Source: a bacterium (lineage in GTDB: Bacteria > UBA8248). Taken from it: 64,000 nucleotides of DNA. The notes under the pieces were generated by a model, which was not told the origin of the DNA, did not search any database, and saw only the letters and a list, made by a program, of their open reading frames with translations. The position numbers were made by a program, and so were the translations under genes. Of the stretch, positions 55,582 through 64,000 are shown in pieces. The DNA is taken from contig OZ241326.1 in the NCBI GenBank assembly GCA_965199855.1, positions 320,001 through 384,000 on the forward strand. The letters run 5' to 3'. Every line of letters starts with the position of its first letter. Positions within the stretch are counted from its first letter, which is position 1.

Positions 55582-55749
55582 TGTTCCACGTGGAACATTT
55601 TGCCGTCCCGGGGGAGCCGTTCGGCGGAATCCCTCCCGAAAGCTCCGAATTGTTCCACGTGGAACATTCGTCGAACGTTCGCCGCCGGAAAACAGGGGCC
55701 GGCGCGCGTCTGGTATGCTGTCGCCACAAATTTTGTTCCACGTGGAACT
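55582..55749. repeat. Three parS sites
   Basis: TGTTCCACGTGGAACA at 55582 and 55651, TGTTCCACGTGGAACT at 55734, directly upstream of parAB. Confidence 0.92.
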
Positions 55750-55825
55750 TTTTGTTGAATTTTTCCGGGCGATGTGAGAGCCTTTGAACGCTGGCTTTTC
55801 TTTCGCCTCGCCCTGAAAGCGGGAT

Positions 55826-56665
55826 ATGGAAACGGCGCTCAGCGAGGCGGCCCCGATGATCGGCCGGAATTCCGATGCGGGCGAGGACGCCTGCAGGGTC
55901 GTTGCCGTCGTGAACCAGAAGGGGGGCGTCGGCAAGACGACGACGGCGGTGAACCTGGCGGCCTGCCTCGCCGTGGCGAATGAGCCGACCCTGCTGGTCG
56001 ATCTGGATCCGCAGTCGAACGCGACGAGCAATTTCGCTTTATTTTCGCAATCTTCCGCCCTTTACAGCGCTCTGGTTCTGGACGGATCGATTGATGATGA
56101 ATCCTTGCAAAAGACTGAAATAAAAGGGCTTTGCGTTCTGCCCTCCTCCATCGATCTGGCGGGGGCGGAGGTGGAGCTCGCGGGGTTGCCGGAACGGGAG
56201 AATCGCCTGCGGAAGGCGCTCGCGCCGATGCGGCGGCGGTTTCGCTACGTATTCATCGACTGCCCGCCCTCGCTCGGCTTTCTCACCCTGAACGGCCTGC
56301 GGGCGGCGGACGAGGTGCTGATACCCATCCAGGCGGAATACTTCGCGCTCGAGGGTCTGGCGCGGCTGATGAAGACGGTGGAGCGGGCGCGGCGAAGCCT
56401 GCATCCCGCCTTGAGGGTGGGCGGAATCCTGCTGACCATGTATGATTCGAGAACGAATCTCTCGCGTCAGGTGCGGGAGGATTTGAGGTCCCACCTGCCG
56501 GAGCTGACCTATCGGGTCGTGATTCCGAGGAGCGTGCGGCTGGCGGAGGCGCCGAGCCACGGAAAGCCGGTGATCGCCTATGACATCTCCTCGCCGGGCG
56601 CCCAGGCGTATCTCGCCCTGGCGAGCGAGTTTCTGGCGCGCTCGAAGGAGGGGAAGAGGGGCTGA
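55826..56665 (+). CDS. parA: Chromosome partitioning ATPase ParA/Soj
   Basis: NQKGGVGKTTT, DLDPQ.NA, DCPPSL and LAEAPSHG; start may be 55856. Confidence 0.93.
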   Translation: METALSEAAPMIGRNSDAGEDACRVVAVVNQKGGVGKTTTAVNLAACLAVANEPTLLVDLDPQSNATSNFALFSQSSALYSALVLDGSIDDESLQKTEIKGLCVLPSSIDLAGAEVELAGLPERENRLRKALAPMRRRFRYVFIDCPPSLGFLTLNGLRAADEVLIPIQAEYFALEGLARLMKTVERARRSLHPALRVGGILLTMYDSRTNLSRQVREDLRSHLPELTYRVVIPRSVRLAEAPSHGKPVIAYDISSPGAQAYLALASEFLARSKEGKRG

Positions 56666-56667
56666 GG

Positions 56668-57588
56668 ATGGCGACCGCGAGAAAGAGAGGACTCGGCAGG
56701 GGGCTGGACGCGCTTCTCTCCCCCGGCGAGGCGGAAGCGCCTGCGGAGGCGGCGGCGTCCCCGCGCGCCGCGGAGGAGGGAGAAGTTCTGGTTCGTCTCT
56801 CGCCGGACAGCCTCGCCCCCGGCGTTCACCAGCCCCGGGTCGATTTCGACGAGGAGGATCTCTTCGAGCTCGCCGAGTCCGTCAGGCGGCACGGGGTGAT
56901 TCAGCCCATCCTGGCGCGGCGAACCGAGGGCGGCGGATACGAGATCGTGGCGGGGGAGAGGCGCTGGCGCGCCGCGCGCCTGGCCGCCGTCGATGAGATT
57001 CCCGCCATCCTGGTGGACGCCGCGGGGGACGAGGCGCTCGAGCTGGCGATCGTCGAGAACGTCCAGCGCGCGGATTTGAACCCGATGGAGGCGGCGGCCG
57101 CCTACGCGAACATGATGGAGCGCCTCGCCCTGACGCAGGAGGAGGTCGCCGCGCGCCTGGGCAAGGAGCGCGCGACGGTGGCGAACTGCGTCCGGCTTCT
57201 GCGGCTGCCCCCCTCCGTTCAGGAGAGCGTGGCCGCCGGCCTGCTCTCCATGGGACACGCGAAGGCGCTCCTCTCGCTGCGGACGCGGGAGGAGATGGCG
57301 AGCCACGGCGAGGAGGCCGTCCGCAAGAGGCTCTCCGTGCGCCAGCTCGAGCGGCGCCTGCGAAGGGCGCTCCCGGGCGAGAGCCGGGAGGAGGCGGCGG
57401 CCGGGAGCGCCGGACGCCGGGGCGGGCCCTCGGGGCCGCAGGCGCTCTATCTCCGAGAGGCGGCGGATCGGCTCAGGGGCGCGCTGGGCGCGAAGGTTTC
57501 GATTTTGGGGGACGAGAACAAGGGGACGATTGAAATCGAGTATTATTCGACCGAGACGCTCGAGGGGCTGATTCAGCGGATTTGCTGA
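56668..57588 (+). CDS. parB: Chromosome partitioning protein ParB/Spo0J
   Basis: GLGRGLDAL, GERRWRA, ENVQR.DL and HTH region. Confidence 0.93.
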   Translation: MATARKRGLGRGLDALLSPGEAEAPAEAAASPRAAEEGEVLVRLSPDSLAPGVHQPRVDFDEEDLFELAESVRRHGVIQPILARRTEGGGYEIVAGERRWRAARLAAVDEIPAILVDAAGDEALELAIVENVQRADLNPMEAAAAYANMMERLALTQEEVAARLGKERATVANCVRLLRLPPSVQESVAAGLLSMGHAKALLSLRTREEMASHGEEAVRKRLSVRQLERRLRRALPGESREEAAAGSAGRRGGPSGPQALYLREAADRLRGALGAKVSILGDENKGTIEIEYYSTETLEGLIQRIC

Positions 57589-57628
57589 AGCCGGGCTTCT
57601 CCCCTGGGGCCAAGGCGGGGGTCTGCGG

Positions 57629-58045
57629 ATGGCGAAAAACTACGAGAAAAGCATTCGGGCCTTTCTGGGAGAAGGCACGGAGTTCAAGGGCGTCATCTCC
57701 TTCGAGGGGACCGTGCGCGTGGACGGCGCCCTGGAGGGCGAGGTCGCCACGGAGGACACCTTCATCATCGGCCCGGCGGCGCGGGTGACGGCGCGCATCA
57801 CGGCCGGCGTCGTCATCATCATGGGCCGGCTGGACGGGAAGGTCGAGGCGAAGCAGAAGTGCGAGGTCCGCGTCGGCGCCCACGTGCGCGGCGACATCCT
57901 CACGCCGAGCATCTACATCGAGGAGGGCGCCGTGTTCGAGGGCGCCTGCCGCATGACGGGCGGCGAGCCGAAGGAAAAGGAAGCCGAAAGGCCCCCCGAG
58001 GCCCCGGCCGCGCCGGAGGACGAGGAGGACGGCCGCGCGTCCTGA
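57629..58045 (+). CDS. Bactofilin (polymer-forming cytoskeletal protein)
   Basis: G.GT.F.G.I.F.G.VRVDG..EG.V and IEEGA.F.G.C.M. Confidence 0.88.
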   Translation: MAKNYEKSIRAFLGEGTEFKGVISFEGTVRVDGALEGEVATEDTFIIGPAARVTARITAGVVIIMGRLDGKVEAKQKCEVRVGAHVRGDILTPSIYIEEGAVFEGACRMTGGEPKEKEAERPPEAPAAPEDEEDGRAS

Positions 58046-58091
58046 GGCGCGGGGCGCGGCGCGAGGCTTTCAGGAAGGGGCGCATACCGCG

Positions 58092-58358
58092 ATGGAGGGA
58101 GGCCGCTCGGTTTTCGGCGCGATCGTCGGGTTCTTCTTCTGGCTCGGCATCGCCTGGTATTTCTACCATCGGGACTTCGCGGGCGCCTTCCGGCTCGTCC
58201 TCGCCGGGTGCGCGCTATACGGCCTCTGGCTTCTGATCTCGCGGCTTCGCTCCGCGCGCGCGGGGCGGCCCCGCGCGGGGGAGGAGGCCGGCGCGCCGCC
58301 CGCCTCCGATTTTCCGGATTACGACTTCGAGAACGTGAAGCCGAAGGATTTTGAATGA
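58092..58358 (+). CDS. Small two-TM hypothetical protein
   Basis: Two hydrophobic segments; co-oriented with neighbours. Confidence 0.6.
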   Translation: MEGGRSVFGAIVGFFFWLGIAWYFYHRDFAGAFRLVLAGCALYGLWLLISRLRSARAGRPRAGEEAGAPPASDFPDYDFENVKPKDFE

Positions 58359-58428
58359 GGCCGGCCCGCCCCGGCTCCCAAGGCCCGCCCGCGGGCGCAG
58401 GCTCCTCCCCCGTGAACGGAAGGGCGAC

Positions 58429-59289
58429 ATGAAATTTCTGGCGGCGGCGGCGCAGATCGGCCCCACCCTGGGGAATCTCGAGGCGAACCGGGAGCTGCTG
58501 GTCAGGGAGGTGGCAAGGGCGGAGAGGAGAGGGGTCGATCTCCTCGTCTTCCCCGAGCTTTCGCTGACGGGCTACTTCCTCAAGGACATGGTGCCCGAAG
58601 TGGCGCTCCGGCGCGGGGACGCACGCATGAGGGAGATCGCCGCCCTCAGCCGCGGCGTCTCCCTGGTGGTCGGCTTCATCGAGGAATCCGCCGGGCACGG
58701 GTTCTTCAACGCCGCCGCCTATTTCGAGGGCGGCAGGCTCCTGCACGTTCACCGCAAGGTCTATCTGCCGACCTACGGGCTGTTCGACGAGAACCGCTAC
58801 GTGGGCAGGGGCGAGAAGGTTCGCGCCTTCGACACCCGCTTCGGGCGCGCGGCCATCCTCATCTGCGAGGACGCCTGGCACCCGAGCCTGGCGGGAATCG
58901 CCTCGCTGGACGGGGCGGATCTGCTCATCGTTCCCGCCGCCAGCCCTGCGCGCGGCGTCGGCAGGAGAGGCGGGAGGGGCGGCCTCGCCATCCAGCGCGT
59001 CTGGCGCGCCCTGACGGGAACCTACGCCGCCTCCTACAACCAGCACGTCATTTTCAGCAACCGGGTCGGCTACGAGGACGGCGTGAACTTCTGGGGCGGC
59101 TCGGAGATCCTCTCGCCCGCAGGCGAGCCGCTCGCCCGGGCGGGGCGGACGAAGGCGCAGCTGCTCCTCTCTCGGGTGGACGCGGCGAACGTGAGGCGCG
59201 CGCGAATCTCCTCCCCCACGGTGCGGGACGAGGACATGCGCCTCACCCTGCGCGAGCTTCGCCGCATTCAGAAAGAGCGGGAGAAGTGA
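58429..59289 (+). CDS. Carbon-nitrogen hydrolase, probable stand-alone glutaminase subunit of NAD synthetase
   Basis: FPEL.LTGY, RKVYLPTYG.FDE.RY, ICED.W and F.GGS. Confidence 0.8.
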   Translation: MKFLAAAAQIGPTLGNLEANRELLVREVARAERRGVDLLVFPELSLTGYFLKDMVPEVALRRGDARMREIAALSRGVSLVVGFIEESAGHGFFNAAAYFEGGRLLHVHRKVYLPTYGLFDENRYVGRGEKVRAFDTRFGRAAILICEDAWHPSLAGIASLDGADLLIVPAASPARGVGRRGGRGGLAIQRVWRALTGTYAASYNQHVIFSNRVGYEDGVNFWGGSEILSPAGEPLARAGRTKAQLLLSRVDAANVRRARISSPTVRDEDMRLTLRELRRIQKEREK

Positions 59290-59364
59290 GCTTCCGGAAG
59301 CGTCCCTGTCCCCTCGGCGAGAGCCTTCGCGGGCGAGGCGGAAGCCGCGCCGGCTTTCGCGTCC

Positions 59365-60144
59365 CTATTCGCCGCGCCATTCGGTTCGGGAGGGCAGCGC
59401 GCCGCCCCGGAAGTTGAACAGCGCGGCCGGTGCCCCGCCCGCGTTGTGAACCGTGTGCCAGACGCCGCCGGGGACGTGAACGAGGTCGCCCGCGGACGCC
59501 TCGATGGTCTCCTCCTCCACGATGAAGTTCATGCGCCCTTCCAGCACGAGCGTCGCCTCGTCCATCTCCCGCTGATGGCGGTGGACGCGGGGCTTGGCCC
59601 CCGGCGGAAACGAGACCACCTGGCATTCGAGATATTCCGTGGAGAAGGCGCGCCTGAGTCCCTTCTCCCTCGCCCTTTCGGGGTCGAACGGGGCGGCGAG
59701 CGCGTCCACCGATCCCTTGACGCAAGGGACGGGCGGCGACAGCCGGTTTTCGACGGATTCGGGGTCCGGATTCGGGGGCGGCTCGCCCTCCGGCAGGAGA
59801 AAGCCCGAGGGCATCCTGCCTCCCCGGAAGTTGAATTCCACGAGTTCGCCGCGGCCCGTGTTCTTCATGTGGTGCATGGCGCCGCGCGGGTTGAGCAGAA
59901 CGGCGCCCTCCCCGACGTCGAAGGCCACCCCGTCGCTGTGAATCAGCCCGCTTCCGCGCCAGATGAGATAGCCCTCGTCCATCTCCTCGTGGTGGGCGTG
60001 GTAGGGGGGATAGGCGCCCGGCGGCAGAACGATGGCGCGCACTTCGAGGCGCGGCGTGTCGATGCAGCGGGGCGAGCCCTTCTCTCTCGCCTCTTCCTCG
60101 TCATACGTCCATTTCAGGCTTTCGACGTTTCCCACGTAAGGCAC
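59365..60144 (-). CDS. Two-domain cupin protein
   Basis: Repeated H.H..MDE...P.G..H...N.G...FNFRGG..PS; GTG 60144 assumed as start. Confidence 0.8.
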   Translation of the reverse strand: MPYVGNVESLKWTYDEEEAREKGSPRCIDTPRLEVRAIVLPPGAYPPYHAHHEEMDEGYLIWRGSGLIHSDGVAFDVGEGAVLLNPRGAMHHMKNTGRGELVEFNFRGGRMPSGFLLPEGEPPPNPDPESVENRLSPPVPCVKGSVDALAAPFDPERAREKGLRRAFSTEYLECQVVSFPPGAKPRVHRHQREMDEATLVLEGRMNFIVEEETIEASAGDLVHVPGGVWHTVHNAGGAPAALFNFRGGALPSRTEWRGE

Positions 60145-60296
60145 GCGCGGCTCCCGGATGATCGGGTGGGGGGCAGAAGAAGGGTATCCCCGGCGCCGCG
60201 CCGGGTCAACGGGCGGGAGCCGTTGCGCGCGAAGTCCGCCGGGGGCATGATGGAGGCGGCGCGCGGCGGGGGCGCTTTTCACGAGGGAGGTCCGGC

Positions 60297-61148
60297 TTGT
60301 CGAACGAGGAGCTCATCCCGAGCGTGATGGCCGAGCTCGAGCTGGACGCCGGGCTCGCCGTCGGCCTGCTCGCCGGCTTCATCCGGGACGAGGTCTCCAA
60401 GGTGGGCGTGCGGAGGCTGGTTCTGGGCCTCTCGGGCGGAATCGACAGCGCGCTCTCGGCGTTTCTGGCGGCGCGCGCCATGGGGCCGGAGAACGTCACG
60501 GGCGTCATCATGCCCTACCGGCTCTCGAACCCCCAAAGCGAGGCGGACGCGCGCGCCGTGGCCGCCGCCTGCGGCATCCGGATCGAGGCGGTGGACATCT
60601 CCCCCCAGGTGGATGCGTATTTCGAGCGCTTCGCCGACGCCGGCAACCTGCGCCGGGGCAACAAGATGGCGCGCGAGCGCATGACGATTCTCTACGATCA
60701 CTCGGCCATGCTGGGCGCCCTGGTCGTGGGCACGAGCAACAAGACGGAGCTCCTCCTCGGCTACGGCACCCTGTTCGGGGACATGGCGAGCGCGGTGAAC
60801 CCCATCGGCGACCTGTTCAAGACCCAGGTGCGCCAGCTCTCGCGCTTCGTGGGCGTGCCGGCGCGGGTGGTGGACAAGGCGCCGAGCGCCGACCTGTGGG
60901 CGGGACAGACCGACGAGCAGGAGCTCGGCTGCAGCTACGAGGAGGCCGACGCCGTTCTGTATCGGATGATAGACTGCCGCTACGCGCCCGGGGAGCTGAC
61001 GGCCGAGGGGTTCTCCCCCGAGCTCATAGACGGCATCCGGCGGCTGGTTCAGCGCAGCCAGTACAAGCGGCGCCCGCCCCTGATCGCCAAACTCAGCCAG
61101 CGGACGATCGACCGGGATTTCCGCTACGCCAGGGACTGGGGGCTCTAG
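60297..61148 (+). CDS. nadE: NAD+ synthetase (synthetase domain only)
   Basis: [26 protein letters not shown] and KR. Confidence 0.92.
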   Translation: MSNEELIPSVMAELELDAGLAVGLLAGFIRDEVSKVGVRRLVLGLSGGIDSALSAFLAARAMGPENVTGVIMPYRLSNPQSEADARAVAAACGIRIEAVDISPQVDAYFERFADAGNLRRGNKMARERMTILYDHSAMLGALVVGTSNKTELLLGYGTLFGDMASAVNPIGDLFKTQVRQLSRFVGVPARVVDKAPSADLWAGQTDEQELGCSYEEADAVLYRMIDCRYAPGELTAEGFSPELIDGIRRLVQRSQYKRRPPLIAKLSQRTIDRDFRYARDWGL

Positions 61149-61284
61149 TCCCGCCCGCCCTTGATGCGGGTTCGGAACTATGGCAGGATGAGCGCCTGAA
61201 CTCCGCGTCATCTTTCGTTTTTCCCGGACATGCGCCGGAGGCGCGTGATTTTTTTCATCCTCGAGGCTTCGGGGAGGGAGCGCG

Positions 61285-61743
61285 GTGGCGTCGCTGAGGA
61301 AAGGAGCCCGGGCGCCCGCCTTCGCCCTGCGCGACGCGCTCGGCAAGGTTCACCGGCTTTCCGGCTACAGGGGGCGCAGGGTCGTCCTCTACTTCTACCC
61401 GAGGGACGACACCCCCGGGTGCGCGGCCGAGGCGCGGGACTTCAACAGGGAGCTGGCGAAGATTCAGAAGAAGAACGCCGTCGTCATCGGCGTGAGCCCC
61501 GACAACGAGGTGAGCCACAAGAAGTTCGCGGAGAAGCTGAATCTGGGCTTCACCCTGCTGGCGGACCCGGACGGCCTGATTTCCTCGAAATACGGCGCCT
61601 ACGGCGAAAAGACGCTGTTCGGCAGAAAGTTCAACGGCATTTTCCGCACCACCTACATCATCGACGAGAAGGGCGTCATCGAGAAGGTCTTCGGGAACGT
61701 GAAGGTGGACGGACACGCGAAGGCCGTGCTCAAGGCGCTCTAG
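61285..61743 (+). CDS. bcp: Peroxiredoxin BCP/PrxQ (single Cys)
   Basis: YFYPRDDTPGC..EA..F and RTT.IID. Confidence 0.9.
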   Translation: MASLRKGARAPAFALRDALGKVHRLSGYRGRRVVLYFYPRDDTPGCAAEARDFNRELAKIQKKNAVVIGVSPDNEVSHKKFAEKLNLGFTLLADPDGLISSKYGAYGEKTLFGRKFNGIFRTTYIIDEKGVIEKVFGNVKVDGHAKAVLKAL

Positions 61744-61905
61744 GCGGCCCTTCGCGCCTCATGGCGGTTTTTTTGGTGCGTGGGCGCGGGGCTTTCCCGG
61801 GAGTTTTCTGACGAAAACGCGGGTTGCGAGGCTCTCGCGGGAGGGCGGGCGCCTGGCGGCGCGTTGCGCGCCGCGGGCGTGAAGCGAAAGAAGATTGGAG
61901 GCGAC

Positions 61906-62376
61906 ATGACGATTCGACCGAAGGAGCTGCCGGAGACCACCGAGAACTGGGCGGAGGCCGACTTCAAGGGCCACGCGAAGAGCGTCGTCACCGTCAAGGG
62001 CGGCCACACCATGGTCGTGGACGAACCCAGGCGGCTGGGCGGCTCGGATGAGGGCCCCTCGCCCACGGGCTACCTCGTGACGTCGCTCGCGGGCTGCACC
62101 GCGGTGATTCTGGAGAGGTGCGCGAAGGAGGCGAAGCTGGAGATAGGCTCCCTGAAGGTGAAGTCCACCATCGTCTATAGTCCCAGAGGCATCGCGGGTC
62201 AGGAGGGATACCGCTCGAACCCCAGCGAGGCCCGGAGCGAAATCTGGCTCGAGGTCGAGGCGAGCGACGAGCAGGTGGAGGCGCTCAAGGCGGACTATTT
62301 CCGCAGATGCCCCGTCTATAACCTCTTCAGGGCGAGCGGCTGCGCCATGAAGGACGTCTGGCGCGTCAACGAATAG
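61906..62376 (+). CDS. OsmC-family protein
   Basis: ATG 61906 with GGAGG; DEP..LGG.D.GPSP...LAGC and RCPV. Confidence 0.85.
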   Translation: MTIRPKELPETTENWAEADFKGHAKSVVTVKGGHTMVVDEPRRLGGSDEGPSPTGYLVTSLAGCTAVILERCAKEAKLEIGSLKVKSTIVYSPRGIAGQEGYRSNPSEARSEIWLEVEASDEQVEALKADYFRRCPVYNLFRASGCAMKDVWRVNE

Positions 62377-62474
62377 GCTCCGCCCCCGGGCCGGCGGCCC
62401 GCGCCCCCGGCGCGAGAGGTCGATTTCCTCCCCGAGCGGCGGAGAAGGCGGGAGGCTTCGGCCTGGCGCGCGCC

Positions 62475-62867
62475 TTATTTTTCTCCCGGACGCAGAACGC
62501 TGTTCGCCTTCTCGCCCTCGGGCGCGAAGGAGAGCGCGTCCAGGCTCGGGCGCGCGGGGCTTCTCACCAGGAGGATCTCCACAGGCCCCTCCAGCGCCAG
62601 AATTTCATGGACGTGTCCGGGCGGGAACCGGAGCAGATCCCCCGGCGCCGCCTCGAGAATCTCGCCTTCCACGGCGGCGCGAATCCTCCCCTTGAGAAGA
62701 TAGAGGAACTGCTCGTCCCGGTGATGGTGCGGGCTGGAATGCGCGCGCTCCTCCATGCGGAAATACCCGATGGTGGCGCGCTCGCCGTCCACCCACGCGG
62801 CGTTCGCGGACACGTAGTCGGCGGCCTTTTCCTGATCCTGGCCGGCGAAATCCCTGTAGATCGGCAT
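62475..62867 (-). CDS. Cupin-domain protein
   Basis: H.H.DEQ..Y.L.G and PGD...FP....H; ATG 62867. Confidence 0.75.
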   Translation of the reverse strand: MPIYRDFAGQDQEKAADYVSANAAWVDGERATIGYFRMEERAHSSPHHHRDEQFLYLLKGRIRAAVEGEILEAAPGDLLRFPPGHVHEILALEGPVEILLVRSPARPSLDALSFAPEGEKANSVLRPGEK

Positions 62868-63033
62868 GAGGCGGGCTCCTGTCGGGGGCGCGGGAAGTCC
62901 GGGGGCGCCGCGAGGCGGCGCGCCGGGGCATTCTAGCGCATCGGACTCGCAATATCCCCTTCGCCCGTGTATATTCCGTTCGGAATCTCTGGCCGCTTTC
63001 TTCGCGCGCGAAACTTCGGACGATGAGGACGCC

Positions 63034-64000
63034 GTGAGCGAGCCTCCCCTGGATGCGTTCGAGTATTTCTTCGGGAAGGAATGGTCGGACGGCCTGCCCG
63101 TCGTCCCCCCGACCCCGGAGCGCGTGGAGGCGATGCTGGCGGGGGCGCGGCGCGACCCGGACGAGGTGATAGGCGAGGTTCCCCCGCTGCTGGGGCGGGC
63201 GGACGTTCGCGCCGTCGCCGTCCACGCCGTCATGGCCGGATGCAGGCCGGAGTATATGCCCGTTCTCATCGCAGCGATGGAGGCGATTCTCGAGGAGAGG
63301 TTCAACGTGGGCGGGGTGCAGGCGACGCTCTCCTGCGCGGCGCCCCTGCTGATCGTGAACGGCCCCCGCGCCGCGGAGATCGGGCTGAGCGGCGGGCTCG
63401 GCTGCTTCGGCCCGGGCAATCGCGCGAACGCGACCATCGGCCGCGCGGTCCGCCTCCTGCTCCTCAACGCGGGCGGGGGCATACCGGGGATCACCTCGAT
63501 GAGCACCTTCTCCCAGCCGGGAAGGTTCACGTTCTGCATCGCCGAGAACGAGGCGGAAAGCCCCTGGCCGTCGCTCGCGGAGACGAAGGGCTTCGGCGCG
63601 GAGGAGAACGTCGTCACCGCGGTGAACGTGGAGGGCCCCTGCATGGCGTGGGACGACGCGAGCGGCGAGCCCGGGCGGATGCTTCCCTCCATCGCGGACG
63701 CCATGTCGCATCTGGGCGCGTGGAACTGCTGGGCCGACACCGATCTGGTGGTCGCGATGAGTCCCCAGCATGCGGCGATTTGCGCCGAAAAGGACTGGTC
63801 GAAGGAGGACGTTCACCGACGCCTTTGCGAAATCGCGGGCCGGACGGTGGGCGAGCTCAAGAGGGGCGGCCATTTCCGGGAAAACCGCGTCGGGAGCTTT
63901 CCGTTCCCCGTCGCGCTGGACGACGACGATGCGTTCGTGCCGACGATCAAGGACGCCGATCGGCTCTTCCTGATCGTGGCGGGCGGGGTTCCGGGGCCGA
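63034..64000 (+). CDS. Conserved hypothetical protein (WxDGLPVVPPT family, often linked to UGSC-type redox proteins), truncated at window edge
   Basis: Hand-translated from GTG 63034 (GAGGA RBS): WSDGLPVVPPTPERVEAML, AV.AVMAGCRPEY.PV, NGP and RANATIGRA.RL. Open to the window end; not in the ORF track. Confidence 0.75.
   Translation, partial: MSEPPLDAFEYFFGKEWSDGLPVVPPTPERVEAMLAGARRDPDEVIGEVPPLLGRADVRAVAVHAVMAGCRPEYMPVLIAAMEAILEERFNVGGVQATLSCAAPLLIVNGPRAAEIGLSGGLGCFGPGNRANATIGRAVRLLLLNAGGGIPGITSMSTFSQPGRFTFCIAENEAESPWPSLAETKGFGAEENVVTAVNVEGPCMAWDDASGEPGRMLPSIADAMSHLGAWNCWADTDLVVAMSPQHAAICAEKDWSKEDVHRRLCEIAGRTVGELKRGGHFRENRVGSFPFPVALDDDDAFVPTIKDADRLFLIVAGGVPGP

Noticed and set aside
55299-55787. 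Mini-CRISPR or MFHVEH/MFHVEQ repeat peptides
   Set aside because: The repeat is the 16-bp parS palindrome next to parAB.
61906-62376. Additional selenoproteins among osmC, bcp, rhodanese and iscA
   Set aside because: Their catalytic positions are ordinary Cys codons with no in-frame TGA.

Overview
High-GC (about 70% by eye) bacterial chromosome segment spanning the replication origin: yidC-yidD-rnpA-rpmH <oriC> dnaA <oriC with DnaA-trios> recF-gyrB-gyrA, then mnmE-mnmG-3x parS-parA-parB-bactofilin. dnaN, jag and rsmG are missing from their usual positions. The left part carries a complete isc operon, trxB, pncB, an orphan nuoI, repair and RNA-modification genes, catabolic enzymes and a ProVWX-type ABC transporter with a duplicated binding protein. 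The most unusual items are: (1) a soluble protein behind yidC that appears to fuse a FliG C-terminal domain to two MotA-like cytoplasmic domains lacking membrane helices; (2) a hidden UxxC selenocysteine glutaredoxin with a SECIS-like hairpin upstream of trxB; (3) two inverted, module-shuffled mosaics of GTAG- and CGTC-type REP hairpins that flank the origin and may mark an inversion; (4) an extended IHF-like AT motif found both in mosaic 1 and inside the mnmE coding sequence; (5) a GyrA lacking both quinolone-binding residues. All calls come from visual motif recognition; no database searches were run.
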